Origin: Chloroherpetonaceae bacterium
GTDB taxonomy: Bacteria > Bacteroidota > Chlorobiia > Chlorobiales > Thermochlorobacteraceae
Length of the DNA stretch: 64,000 nucleotides
Direction of reading: 5' to 3'
Assembly: GCA_046292465.1 (NCBI GenBank)
Contig: JBKBRB010000005.1
Location: forward strand, 22,536 to 86,535
The stretch's first letter is position 1; each line of letters opens with the position of its first letter. The notes under the pieces were generated by a model. The model searched no databases and was not told the DNA's origin. It saw only the letters and a list, made by a program, of their open reading frames with translations. A program made the translations under genes and the position numbers. Positions 47,380 to 57,451 of this stretch are shown one piece after another.

Positions 47380-49514
47380 CCAACATCGGCAAGACCAAAT
47401 CGCTCGTGATAATGATTGAGGTAATACTCGCGCACAACTTGATGTTCGGGCTTGCGCAACTGTGGGTCGCTCTTAACAAGTTCAAACGCGGCATTTTTTG
47501 CGGATTGAAGCACCTCGACATCTTCACTGGGGTTTGCGATTTTCAAGTCCGAAATGTTTCCTGATTGTTCCGTTCCGAGAATGTTCCCTGCGCCGCGTAG
47601 CCTTGCGTCAACTTCGGAAATGTAAAAGCCATCGTTGGATTGCTCCATCGCTTGCAATCGCTCTTTGGCATCGGGCGAAAGCCGTCCGCTATACACAAGG
47701 TAGCAATACGATTGCTCGCTTCCTCTGCCAACGCGCCCACGAAGTTGGTGCAGTTGCGCCAATCCGAATCGCTCGGCGTGTTCAATCATGATGATGCTGG
47801 CGTTTGGCACATCAACACCGACTTCAATGACCGTTGTGCCTACCAAGACGCGCGACTTTCCTGTGCGAAACATCTCCATCTCTTCTTCTTTCTCGTAAGG
47901 CAACATTTTGCCGTGAATCAATCCGACGCGACATTCATCAAAAACATTGTTTTTCAAATTTTCATAACTCTCTACGGCGGCGGCCAAATCGATTTTTTCT
48001 GACTCCTCCACGAGTGGATAAACGATATAGGCTTGTCGCCCTTTGCGAATTTCTTCTTTAATTTTTTCAAGGACTTCTTCGCGCTCCGATTCGTGGCGCA
48101 AGTAGGTGATAATCGGCTTGCGGTTTTTCGGCATTTCGTCGATGATGGAAACATCAAGGTCGCCGTATTGCGTCATGGTAAGCGTGCGCGGAATGGGCGT
48201 GGCGGTCATTAAGAGAATGTGCGGATTTGTGGCTTTATCCTGTAAGGCTTTGCGCTGCATAACGCCAAAGCGATGCTGTTCATCAATGACGGCAAGACCA
48301 AGATTCTTGAACTCGACTTTATCCTCAATAAGCGCGTGCGTTCCGACCACGATTTGCGTTTCGCCTGATGCAATTCCAGAGAGAATTTCTTCACGAAGTT
48401 TTTTGCGTTGCTGACCGACGAGCAGAGCGATTTTGACATTCAGCGGCTCGAGGATTTTTTTGAGCGTGAGGTAGTGCTGTGTGGCGAGAATTTCCGTTGG
48501 TGCCATAAAGGCACATTGCGCGTGATTATCGAGCGCAATCATCATTGAAAAAATCGCCACGAGTGTTTTGCCGCTTCCCACATCGCCTTGCAGCAAGCGG
48601 TTCATTTGCGAGCCTGATTTCATATCGGCGCGAATTTCTTTAATGACGCGCTTTTGTGCGTTGGTCATTTCGTAAGGGAGCATTTGATAAATCTTGTGCG
48701 TGTAGTCGCCTACTTTTTCAAACGATGTCGCTTTCACATGCATGGCGATTTGCTGTTTGCGAAGCGCGAAAAGCAGTTGCATGTAGAAGAGTTCCGTCCA
48801 TTTCAAGCGGTAGCGTGCTTGCGCGAGCGTTTCTTTTGACGATGGAAAATGTATTTCGCGATAGGCATCGGCAAGCGACATTAAGTTTTCTTGTTCGAGA
48901 ATCGCGGGTGGGAGATTTTCAGTGATGAATGGCGTTACTTGCTCAACAAGGGTGCGCATGATTTTGCGAACAGCACGAGTGTTGAGACCTGCTCGCTTCA
49001 TGGCGTCGCTGGTCGGATAAAGCGCGATGATTTTGCCCGTGTTGAAGAGTTGGAAGTCGTTGGGCTGTTGGTCGCTGTCGCGGTCTTCTTGTTTGCTATC
49101 GGTGAGTTTATCAATATCGGGGTGAGTGAGTTGTGGGCGTCCGTTGAACATGCTGACTTTACCAAACGCCGCTAACGCATCGCCTTCTTTGATGAGTTTT
49201 GAGATATATGGCGCGCCTTGAAACCAAATCAAATCAATTCGTCCTGTTTTATCCCACAGTTGCGCAGTGAAGCGTTGGCTTTTCCAATCTTTCCCGAAAA
49301 ATTGAACGTGGCGCACTTCGCCGACGACCGTTGCCATGTCGCCTTCGCGGAGCGAGGCAATGCTTTTAATGGCGGTTTTATCGAGGTATCGGCGCGGAAA
49401 AAGCGTGAGCAACTCTTCAAAGGTGCGAATGTTTTGCTTGTAGAAGAGTTCAGCGCGTTTCGGTCCAACGCCTTTGAGATACATAATGTCTTTTTTGAGA
49501 AAATCGGTCGTCAT
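47376..49514 (-). CDS. recG: ATP-dependent DNA helicase RecG
   Basis: LLQGDVGSGKT, DEQHRFG, MTATPIPRTL and QLRGRVGRG motifs. Confidence 0.97.
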   Translation of the reverse strand: MTTDFLKKDIMYLKGVGPKRAELFYKQNIRTFEELLTLFPRRYLDKTAIKSIASLREGDMATVVGEVRHVQFFGKDWKSQRFTAQLWDKTGRIDLIWFQGAPYISKLIKEGDALAAFGKVSMFNGRPQLTHPDIDKLTDSKQEDRDSDQQPNDFQLFNTGKIIALYPTSDAMKRAGLNTRAVRKIMRTLVEQVTPFITENLPPAILEQENLMSLADAYREIHFPSSKETLAQARYRLKWTELFYMQLLFALRKQQIAMHVKATSFEKVGDYTHKIYQMLPYEMTNAQKRVIKEIRADMKSGSQMNRLLQGDVGSGKTLVAIFSMMIALDNHAQCAFMAPTEILATQHYLTLKKILEPLNVKIALLVGQQRKKLREEILSGIASGETQIVVGTHALIEDKVEFKNLGLAVIDEQHRFGVMQRKALQDKATNPHILLMTATPIPRTLTMTQYGDLDVSIIDEMPKNRKPIITYLRHESEREEVLEKIKEEIRKGRQAYIVYPLVEESEKIDLAAAVESYENLKNNVFDECRVGLIHGKMLPYEKEEEMEMFRTGKSRVLVGTTVIEVGVDVPNASIIMIEHAERFGLAQLHQLRGRVGRGSEQSYCYLVYSGRLSPDAKERLQAMEQSNDGFYISEVDARLRGAGNILGTEQSGNISDLKIANPSEDVEVLQSAKNAAFELVKSDPQLRKPEHQVVREYYLNHYHERFGLADVG

Positions 49515-49622
49515 TTCCCGAAGAAAATTCAAACATGATTGCGTTTAGATTAACGGAATTTCAAAGAGAACACGCACACGTAAGCAGGCAAATTTTGCTA
49601 ACTTTACCTGTCTTAATTTCAT

Positions 49623-50015
49623 TTGACTTTAACCTTTGTTCTAACCTTGATTGCAACAAACACAGATAAGTTTATCATCGTTGGCGATAGAGTTTTGATT
49701 AAGCCGAAGTCGCCGGAGCAACAAACAAAATCGGGGCTGTATCTGCCGCCATCGGTTCAGGAAAAAGAAAAAATTCAAAGCGGCTATGTCGTTAAAACCG
49801 GACCAGGCTATGCCGTTGCGCCGCCCGCCGACGCCGACGAGCCTTGGAAAGAGCCAGCGAGTTCGCCAAAATACATTCCGCTTCAAGCGCAAGTTGGCGA
49901 CCTTGCAATTTATATTCACAACTTCGCGCACGAAATTGAATTTGATGACGAGAAATACATGATTGTGCCACATTCCGCCATCTTGATGCTCATTCGCGAA
50001 AACGATTTAATCTAA
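49623..50015 (+). CDS. Stand-alone GroES/Cpn10-family protein (start uncertain, possibly TTG 49647)
   Basis: GDRVLIKP, TKSGLYLP, GYVVKTGPG; no groEL adjacent. Confidence 0.85.
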   Translation: MTLTFVLTLIATNTDKFIIVGDRVLIKPKSPEQQTKSGLYLPPSVQEKEKIQSGYVVKTGPGYAVAPPADADEPWKEPASSPKYIPLQAQVGDLAIYIHNFAHEIEFDDEKYMIVPHSAILMLIRENDLI

Positions 50016-50070
50016 CGCGCTGATGCTGACTGATTTTAATTTCATCAACTCATTCATCTATTGATTTCAA

Positions 50071-50760
50071 ATGAAAAACGCACTCACTCTCACGCTTATT
50101 GCAACATTCGCTCTTTTCGGTTGTGGTGAAAAGAAGCCGTCTTATGAAGATTTCTTGCGCGCTCAAAAACAAATCAACGAAAAGCAACAAGAAATTTTGA
50201 AGCAATCCGACGAACTGTCCAAAATCATCAAGGAAGTCAATGCGAAGTATCCTGACGAGCAAATCAAGTTAGATTCGTCGCTCGGACTTTCGCCCGAACA
50301 AGAGAAGAAACTTTCAGAAATCATTCAGAAGGAGTCGGATATTGGCATGAAAACCATGCTCCAAAAACTTATAGACTCCGACAAGAAAATCGAAGAGTTG
50401 AATCAACAAATTAAATCTATTGAAGAAAAACTGCCGAAGCCATATGTCGTTAAGAAGGGCGATGCCACGCGCAAAGTGGCGATGGATTACCTTGTCGATG
50501 TTCAAAAACTGAGCAAAGAAGAAGCCAAGAAACTTGTCGATCAAACTGGTCTATTCGACGAGATTGTTCCAGGGAATTATATCTACCTTTATTACAACGA
50601 TGGTGTGTTCGGCGCATTTGTTACGCAAGGCACAGCAAAGTATAGCCCGCAAGTCTACAAACGCGCTATGCGCGAGAAGCGCGAGAACGAAGCCTACGAG
50701 CGCGGCTTGCAAGAAGGGCAAAACGCCGTGCTGGAAAACAGTCGCACCGATGACAAGTAA
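50071..50760 (+). CDS. Coiled-coil lipoprotein with a LysM-like segment
   Basis: Lipobox LFGC; heptad-rich region; YVVKKGD...IVPGNYIYL. Confidence 0.7.
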   Translation: MKNALTLTLIATFALFGCGEKKPSYEDFLRAQKQINEKQQEILKQSDELSKIIKEVNAKYPDEQIKLDSSLGLSPEQEKKLSEIIQKESDIGMKTMLQKLIDSDKKIEELNQQIKSIEEKLPKPYVVKKGDATRKVAMDYLVDVQKLSKEEAKKLVDQTGLFDEIVPGNYIYLYYNDGVFGAFVTQGTAKYSPQVYKRAMREKRENEAYERGLQEGQNAVLENSRTDDK

Positions 50761-50790
50761 GCCTAACGAGAACAGACTAAGAACTTGACC

Positions 50791-51876
50791 ATGTTTGCTA
50801 TTTCCTTTGAACACGATACGCTTCACTATCTCGACCAGCGTTTTTTGCCGCTCAAAGAGGTTGTCGTTGCAACACGCGATTACAGACGAGCAGTTGAAGC
50901 AATTAAAACGCTGGCTATTCGCGGTGCTCCGCTCATTGGCATTGCGGCGGGCTATGCGGTTGTTTTAGCCGCGCGTCAGTTCAAAGGCAAGAAGAAAAAA
51001 TTCTCGGCGTTTCTTTCCAAAGCCATTGGCGAAATTGAGGCGTCGCGCCCAACGGCGGTTAATTTATTTTTTGCAACATCGCGCTTAAAGCACGTCGTTG
51101 AACGCAACCTCGCCTCGTGCGATATTTCCGAACTCATTTCCAAACTCGAACAAGAAGCACGTGCCATTCACAACGAAGAAATTGAACACTGCGAGATGAT
51201 TGCACAGCACGGCGTTAAACTTCTCAAACAAGAGTTTTCACACGTGCTTGCGTATCAACGCCTCACCGTTTTGACGCACTGCAACACGGGCGCATTGGCA
51301 ACGGGCGGAATTGGCACAGCCTTTGGTGTCATCAAACGCGCTTACGAGGCAGGATTGATTGAAAAAGTTTATGCCGCCGAAACACGCCCGCTCCTGCAAG
51401 GCTTGCGCCTAACCGCATTTGAATTAGAAAAAGAGCAAATCCCTTTTGAAGTCATCTCCGATTCGTCGTCGGCGTTTTTGATGCAAAAGTCGCTCATTGA
51501 CTTTGTTATCACAGGCGCAGATAGAATTGCAACGAATGGCGACACGGCAAACAAAATCGGCACGTATTCGCATGCCGTTTCTGCCGCCGTTCATCAGCGC
51601 AAGTTCTACATCGCCGCCCCTATTTCAACCATCGATTTCAGCATTTCCGATGGCTCAAAAATTCCGATTGAACGCCGCTCGACGCTTGAACTGACGCGCA
51701 TTTACGGACGCAATGTCGCCAAAGAATCGCTCCCTGTTTTGAACTTCGCCTTCGATGTTACGCCGCACCAGTTTATTTCTGCCATCATCACCGATAAGGG
51801 CGTTTTGAAGCCGAATTTCACCGACGCTATCTCCGAACTTACGCCTGAACAAATCAAACCTTATCATGATGCTTAA
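50791..51876 (+). CDS. mtnA: Methylthioribose-1-phosphate isomerase
   Basis: LDQRFLP, IRGAPLIG, THCNTGALAT, ETRPLLQG and ANKIGTY motifs. Confidence 0.95.
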   Translation: MFAISFEHDTLHYLDQRFLPLKEVVVATRDYRRAVEAIKTLAIRGAPLIGIAAGYAVVLAARQFKGKKKKFSAFLSKAIGEIEASRPTAVNLFFATSRLKHVVERNLASCDISELISKLEQEARAIHNEEIEHCEMIAQHGVKLLKQEFSHVLAYQRLTVLTHCNTGALATGGIGTAFGVIKRAYEAGLIEKVYAAETRPLLQGLRLTAFELEKEQIPFEVISDSSSAFLMQKSLIDFVITGADRIATNGDTANKIGTYSHAVSAAVHQRKFYIAAPISTIDFSISDGSKIPIERRSTLELTRIYGRNVAKESLPVLNFAFDVTPHQFISAIITDKGVLKPNFTDAISELTPEQIKPYHDA

Positions 51877-52288
51877 AGAACTTGTTGATGTGGGACATAA
51901 CGCAAGCCTTGCTCATCAGCGCGTCATCGCGAACTTGATTTTCCACTTGCGCCTCATGCTGAGAAACGGCCAGACAACCCTTGACGCCCTACCCGAAACC
52001 GATTTAGACACGGGCAACCCTCAAAGTGTTTGTCCCGACATCGTCTTGCTTGACAACGACGCTTTTACGTTTCCTGTCATCATTGAGGTTACAACGAACT
52101 ATGGCTTCCGAAACGACTGCGAGAAAGTGAGCCGATTGGTGCGTGAAACAAAGTTCGGCATTGAAGAAGCCTTCGTTTATAATTTCCAAGCCAACAAATG
52201 GTTTCGTTACTCAATAAACAGCGGTGCGTCAGATTCGTCGTTTTCGCAACGCTTGAACATCGACCTCTCAACCTTCATTCAATCATAA
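51866..52288 (+). CDS. Uma2-like PD-(D/E)xK putative endonuclease
   Basis: HQR...CPDIV...IIEV pattern. Confidence 0.6.
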   Translation: MMLKELVDVGHNASLAHQRVIANLIFHLRLMLRNGQTTLDALPETDLDTGNPQSVCPDIVLLDNDAFTFPVIIEVTTNYGFRNDCEKVSRLVRETKFGIEEAFVYNFQANKWFRYSINSGASDSSFSQRLNIDLSTFIQS

Positions 52289-52297
52289 TCAACCGCT

Positions 52298-53077
52298 ATG
52301 CAACCTTATTCAGGACGATACATTTATGCGATTGTAGAAACTTGGAAATCGGACACTCGCCCCAAATCGCTTGGAAATACAGGCATCGGCGGACGCGGCG
52401 ACGAAGTGTATTTGATTGAACACAGAGACATCGGCGCATTTGTAAGTGCTTCTCCTATCGCTCCGTATCAAATTTCGCGCGAAAACGCCATGGCGCACGA
52501 GCACACGATTGAAGCCATTATGAAAGACTACACGATTTTGCCCATGCAGTTTTCCATGATTGCTGAAAGTGAATCAAGCGTCGTTGCCTTGCTCGAGAAA
52601 AGTTACGACCTCTTCAAAGCGCAACTCCAACGCCTCGAAGGCAAAAAGGAACTTGGCTTGAAAGGCATGTTTCCTGAATCAATTTTTCAAGAACTGCTCT
52701 CCAAAAACGAGGCGATTCAAAAACGCAAAGAAGAACTTGCGCGACGCGGCAATCCTTCACAATCTGATTTGATTGAAATCGGAAAAATGGTCGAAGCCGC
52801 ACTGAACGCCGAAAAAGAACGCTATCGCGAAGAAATTTTAGCCATGCTTCGTCCGATTGCCGAAGAAACGAAAGTCAATCCCACAACTACCGACCGAATG
52901 TTTCTCAACGCGGCATTTCTGGTTACCGATGAACAAGAATCTGAAATGGATAAGAAGGTCAATGAAATTGCTGAACACTATGAAGGCAAGTTCAAACTCA
53001 AATATGTCGGAAACTTGCCGCCGTATAACTTTCTGCGTTTAGTCATCACGCTTGATAACGCAACCGAAACCGCCTAA
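52298..53077 (+). CDS. Gas vesicle protein GvpL/GvpF family
   Basis: YIYAIV, HEHTIE...LPMQF and YVGNLPPYNF motifs. Confidence 0.9.
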   Translation: MQPYSGRYIYAIVETWKSDTRPKSLGNTGIGGRGDEVYLIEHRDIGAFVSASPIAPYQISRENAMAHEHTIEAIMKDYTILPMQFSMIAESESSVVALLEKSYDLFKAQLQRLEGKKELGLKGMFPESIFQELLSKNEAIQKRKEELARRGNPSQSDLIEIGKMVEAALNAEKERYREEILAMLRPIAEETKVNPTTTDRMFLNAAFLVTDEQESEMDKKVNEIAEHYEGKFKLKYVGNLPPYNFLRLVITLDNATETA

Positions 53078-53091
53078 CCCGAAACTATCTG

Positions 53092-53325
53092 ATGTTTATT
53101 CTTGACGACATTTTGCTCGCGCCGCTGAACATGGTTATTGGCATTGCCAAAGCCATTGATGAGCAAGTTCAAAAAGAAACTACCGATGTGAAGCGCATCA
53201 AAGAAAAATTGATGGAGTTGCAGTTCAAGTTTGAGTTCGATGAAATTTCCGAAGCGGAATACAACGCGCGTGAAAAAGAACTTTTAGAACAACTTCAACG
53301 GGCGCAAGAAACAGAGTCGGAATGA
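53092..53325 (+). CDS. gvpG: Gas vesicle protein GvpG
   Basis: ILLAPL...LMELQ..FE..EISEAEYNARE.ELL motif. Confidence 0.85.
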   Translation: MFILDDILLAPLNMVIGIAKAIDEQVQKETTDVKRIKEKLMELQFKFEFDEISEAEYNAREKELLEQLQRAQETESE

Positions 53326-54257
53326 GGGAAGTCAGGGCTTTTGCGCCAGCAACGGTCGCTAATGTCGCCGCAGGATTTGATGTCTTGGGCTTCGCGCTTG
53401 ACGCACCGGGCGACGAACTTACGGCAAAATTTTCCGACCAACCCGGCGTCAGAATTTCGCGCATCACAGGCGACGGCGGACGCCTGCCTCTCGATTCACA
53501 CAAAAACACAGCGGGCGTTGCCGTTCACGCCTTGCTTAATCACATCGGCGAAACGCGCGGCATTGAACTTCTGCTCGATAAAAAAATGCCATTGGGTTCA
53601 GGTTTGGGTTCAAGTGCCGCCAGTGCGGTTGTTGCGGTTGTTGCCGTCAACGCCTTGCTTGGCGAGCCGCTCTCCAAACGCGACCTCTTGCCGTTTGCCT
53701 TAGAAGGCGAACGCATTGCTTGTGGCTCGGCTCATGCCGATAACGCCGCACCTTCACTCTTGGGTGGCTTCGTGTTGATTCGATCCTATACGCCGCTCGA
53801 TGTTGTGCCGCTTCCGACGCCTGAAAAACTTCACGCTACCGTTGTTCATCCGCATATAGAAATTCAAACCAAAGACGCGCGCGGCATCTTGAAGCAACAA
53901 ATCAGTTTGAGCAACGCCATCACACAATGGGGCAACACAGCAGGATTAGTTGCAGGGATTTTAATGTCGGACTACGGCTTAATTTCGCGCTCGCTTCAAG
54001 ATGTGATTGTCGAGCCGATTCGCTCGATTTTAATTCCGAAATTTTACGACCTTAAACATGCCGCGCTCAATGCTGGGGCGTTGGGGTGTAGCATCTCAGG
54101 CTCTGGTCCGTCGCTCTTCGCGCTCTCCGATAGTGCCGAAACCGCGCACGCTGTCGCCACAGCCATGACGCTTGTTTTGGAGAACATAGGCATCGGAAGC
54201 GATGTGTTTATTTCCAAAGTCAATCAAACGGGCGCGAAAGTTTTAAGCGTTGCTTGA
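53322..54257 (+). CDS. thrB: Homoserine kinase
   Basis: APATVANVAAGFD, PLGSGLGSSAAS, HADN and ISGSGPS motifs. Confidence 0.95.
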   Translation: MREVRAFAPATVANVAAGFDVLGFALDAPGDELTAKFSDQPGVRISRITGDGGRLPLDSHKNTAGVAVHALLNHIGETRGIELLLDKKMPLGSGLGSSAASAVVAVVAVNALLGEPLSKRDLLPFALEGERIACGSAHADNAAPSLLGGFVLIRSYTPLDVVPLPTPEKLHATVVHPHIEIQTKDARGILKQQISLSNAITQWGNTAGLVAGILMSDYGLISRSLQDVIVEPIRSILIPKFYDLKHAALNAGALGCSISGSGPSLFALSDSAETAHAVATAMTLVLENIGIGSDVFISKVNQTGAKVLSVA

Positions 54258-54300
54258 ACGGCTGAGATGTGTCGTTTTACCATTTCATTTTTAATTGCTC

Positions 54301-55605
54301 ATGCGTCTTTACAGCACGAACAATCCCAACAACATCGTTTCACTGCGCGACGCCGTCTTGCAAGGCTTGGCAAGCGATGGCGGACTTTTCTTTCCAACCA
54401 AGATACCCGTACTTCCACCTGATTTTTTTCGGCTCTCGCGCATTCGCTCGTTTCAAGAAATTGCTCTGCAAGCGGCGCAATCGCTCTTTCAAGGCGCATT
54501 GCTCAACAGCGATTTGAAAACGATTATCGAGGAAGCGATTAACTTTGACGCGCCCCTTGTCCGCCTTGATGCGACCACGCATGTGCTCGAGCTCTTTCAC
54601 GGCGAAACCTTGGCGTTCAAAGATTTTGGCGCACGATTCTTAGCGCGATTGATGAAGCACTATCTTCACGATGCCAAACAAGAAACCTTGATTCTCGTTG
54701 CCACATCGGGCGATACGGGCAGTGCCGTCGCACACGGCTTTTGGGGAATGGACGGTTTCAAAGTGTGTTTGCTTTATCCAAGTGGGAAAGTCAGCACCAT
54801 TCAAGAGCAACAACTCACCACGATTGGCGGCAATGTAATTGCGCTTGAAGTGCAAGGCACTTTTGACGATTGCCAACGCTTTGTGAAGCAAGCCTTTCTC
54901 GATAGCGATTTACGCGAGCGGTTTCAACTTTCTTCCGCCAATTCCATCAACATTGCGCGGCTCATTCCGCAGATGTTTTATTACCTTCGCGCATATTCGC
55001 AGTTGCATCACAGCGTGCTTTCAAAGCCACTTATCTTTTCTGTGCCGAGCGGCAACTTTGGCAACCTTACGGCAGGACTTTTCGCAAAGCGCATGGGCTT
55101 GCCTGTTTCAAAATTTATTGCCGCCACAAATTGCAACGACATTGTGCCAACGTTTTTAGCCAGCGGAAAATTCGAGCCGAAGCCGTCCATTCAAACGCTT
55201 TCAAATGCGATGGACGTTGGCAATCCCAGCAACTTTGCGCGCATGCTCGAACTTTATGGCTCAGTTGAAAAAATGCGTGAAGATATTTTCGGCGCAAGTT
55301 TTACGGACAATCAAACATTGGAAGGCATGCGCGAAATTTATCGCCGCTACGAATACATTGCAGAGCCGCACACGGCTATTGGTTATCTGGGATTGGAGCA
55401 ATATCGAAGAGTTGTCGGTTACGATAATGTCGGCATCGTTTTAGCCACCGCACACCCTGCAAAGTTTCTCGATGCGATTACACAAGCAGGCTTAAAAGCC
55501 CCTGCCCTTCCTGAACGCTTGGCGCACGCATTGAAAAAGCCGAAGCAATCGATTTTGTTGCCGAACGATTTTTCCGCGTTGAAGGCGTTTTTGATGTCGC
55601 TATAA
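54301..55605 (+). CDS. thrC: Threonine synthase
   Basis: ELFHGETLAFKDFG, ATSGDTG, ANSIN and PSGNFGN motifs. Confidence 0.95.
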   Translation: MRLYSTNNPNNIVSLRDAVLQGLASDGGLFFPTKIPVLPPDFFRLSRIRSFQEIALQAAQSLFQGALLNSDLKTIIEEAINFDAPLVRLDATTHVLELFHGETLAFKDFGARFLARLMKHYLHDAKQETLILVATSGDTGSAVAHGFWGMDGFKVCLLYPSGKVSTIQEQQLTTIGGNVIALEVQGTFDDCQRFVKQAFLDSDLRERFQLSSANSINIARLIPQMFYYLRAYSQLHHSVLSKPLIFSVPSGNFGNLTAGLFAKRMGLPVSKFIAATNCNDIVPTFLASGKFEPKPSIQTLSNAMDVGNPSNFARMLELYGSVEKMREDIFGASFTDNQTLEGMREIYRRYEYIAEPHTAIGYLGLEQYRRVVGYDNVGIVLATAHPAKFLDAITQAGLKAPALPERLAHALKKPKQSILLPNDFSALKAFLMSL

Positions 55606-55611
55606 ATCGTA

Positions 55612-57414
55612 TCAATTCAAATCGAACTGCAACTCTGAGAACATTCGATAAACGCCATTCTCGCGCTCGATGAGTTCGCCGTGCGTGCCGACTTCGACGA
55701 CTTCGCCATTTTGAACCACGATGATTTTATCTGCCGTGCGCACCGTCGAGAGGCGATGTGCAATGATGAACGATGTTCGCCCTTGCATTAAGGTTTCGAG
55801 CGCGTCTTGAACGAGTTTTTCGGATTCGGAGTCGAGCGAACTGGTGGCTTCGTCTAAAATGAGAATCGCAGGATTTTTTAGGATAGCACGCGCAATGGCA
55901 ACGCGCTGACGCTGTCCGCCTGAAAGTTTAATGCCGCGCTCACCAACGATAGTTTTGTAGCCTTCGGGAAAACTGGTGATGAACTCATGGGCATGCGCTT
56001 TTTTCGCCGCTTCGATGATTTCGGCTTCGCTGGCACTTGGGTTGCCATAGGCAATGTTTTCAAAAATAGTTCCGCCGAAGAGCATCACATCTTGCGGCAC
56101 GATAGCCATTTGGCTTCGCAGTTCGGAGAGCGCATACTCGCGCGAATCTTTGCCGTCGATTAAAATTCTGCCGCTATCGGGCTTGTAGAATTGCAAGAGA
56201 AGCGAAACAAGGGTTGATTTCCCTGCGCCGCTTTTTCCGACAAATGCCACGCGCTCGCCCGCCTTGACCTCAAAGGAGATATTTTTCAAGACTGTAATTT
56301 CCTTGCGCGCGGGATAACTGAACACGACATTTTCAAACTTCACATCGCCACGCACACGCATCGACGATTTCGCGTTGAGTTCAATCGGTTCAGGCTTTTC
56401 GCGCAGAATTTCTCGGACGCGCTCGGTCGCACCTAAGGCTTTTTGCACTTGGCTGTAAAGTTCGGCGAAACTGCCCATCGCCGCGCCGACAAAGGTGGTG
56501 TAAAGAATAAACGAGGTGAGTTCGCCGACCGTGAGTTCGCCTGCTTGAACGATTTTCGCACCAACCCACAGCACCAAGACAATCGCGCCGAAAAGTCCGA
56601 AAATGATAAACGAGATAAACGCCCCCCGATACTTCGCGCCCTTCAAAACCGTTTGCAAGAAAAAGTCAATGCTGGTTCGATATCGATTCACCTCGTAGCC
56701 TTCGTTGGCAAAGGCTTTGACGTTCGTAATGCCTTGTAAGGTTTCTTCAACAATCGTGTTGGTGTCGGCGAGTTTATCTTGCGCTTGGCGCGAGAACTTG
56801 CGAATTTTTCTGCCAAAGAACACAGCAATCGCAATGAGAATTGGGAACGAGGACAGCATCACGAGCGAGAGTTGCGGCGAGGTGATAAAAATCAAAATAA
56901 TGCCACCGATGAGAATCGCTGTTTGGCGCAAGAGTTGCGCAAGCGTTGCCGTGAGCACATCTTGAATTTGCGACAGGTCGGCAGCGATTCGGCTGGTCAG
57001 TTCGCCAACACGACGATTCGCGAAAAACGACATCGGCAAGGAAATCATCGTTTGGTAAGTGTCTTTTCGCAAGTCCGCAAGGCTTCGCTCACCGACTTCT
57101 ACAAACCAAATCGATTGCACAAACGAAAACACCGATTGAAGTGCCAGCGCAAGAATTAAAATCAGTGCAATCATATCAATGTTGCCGAAAAGCCCTTCGC
57201 CCTTTCCTGCCAATGCGCCGTCGACCAACTTGCCTGTGAGATAAGGAAACACCAACCCCAACAGGCTTGAACACAACAGTGCCACAAGCGCAAGCACAAA
57301 CTTTGCCTTGTAGGGCGAAAGGTAGCGAAAGAGTTCAGCGACTTGTCTAAGAGATTCTTTGGAGAGTTTCGCTGGCGGAAGGTCTTCTTCTGACGTGCGT
57401 CTGTATCGTGCCAT
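55612..57414 (-). CDS. ABC exporter, fused permease/ATPase (MsbA/ABCB-like)
   Basis: TM domain, GKSGAGKST, LSGGQRQR and DEATSSLD motifs. Confidence 0.92.
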   Translation of the reverse strand: MARYRRTSEEDLPPAKLSKESLRQVAELFRYLSPYKAKFVLALVALLCSSLLGLVFPYLTGKLVDGALAGKGEGLFGNIDMIALILILALALQSVFSFVQSIWFVEVGERSLADLRKDTYQTMISLPMSFFANRRVGELTSRIAADLSQIQDVLTATLAQLLRQTAILIGGIILIFITSPQLSLVMLSSFPILIAIAVFFGRKIRKFSRQAQDKLADTNTIVEETLQGITNVKAFANEGYEVNRYRTSIDFFLQTVLKGAKYRGAFISFIIFGLFGAIVLVLWVGAKIVQAGELTVGELTSFILYTTFVGAAMGSFAELYSQVQKALGATERVREILREKPEPIELNAKSSMRVRGDVKFENVVFSYPARKEITVLKNISFEVKAGERVAFVGKSGAGKSTLVSLLLQFYKPDSGRILIDGKDSREYALSELRSQMAIVPQDVMLFGGTIFENIAYGNPSASEAEIIEAAKKAHAHEFITSFPEGYKTIVGERGIKLSGGQRQRVAIARAILKNPAILILDEATSSLDSESEKLVQDALETLMQGRTSFIIAHRLSTVRTADKIIVVQNGEVVEVGTHGELIERENGVYRMFSELQFDLN

Positions 57415-57451
57415 TGGTGTTTAATTTTCTTGAAGATACAATCAATCTGGC

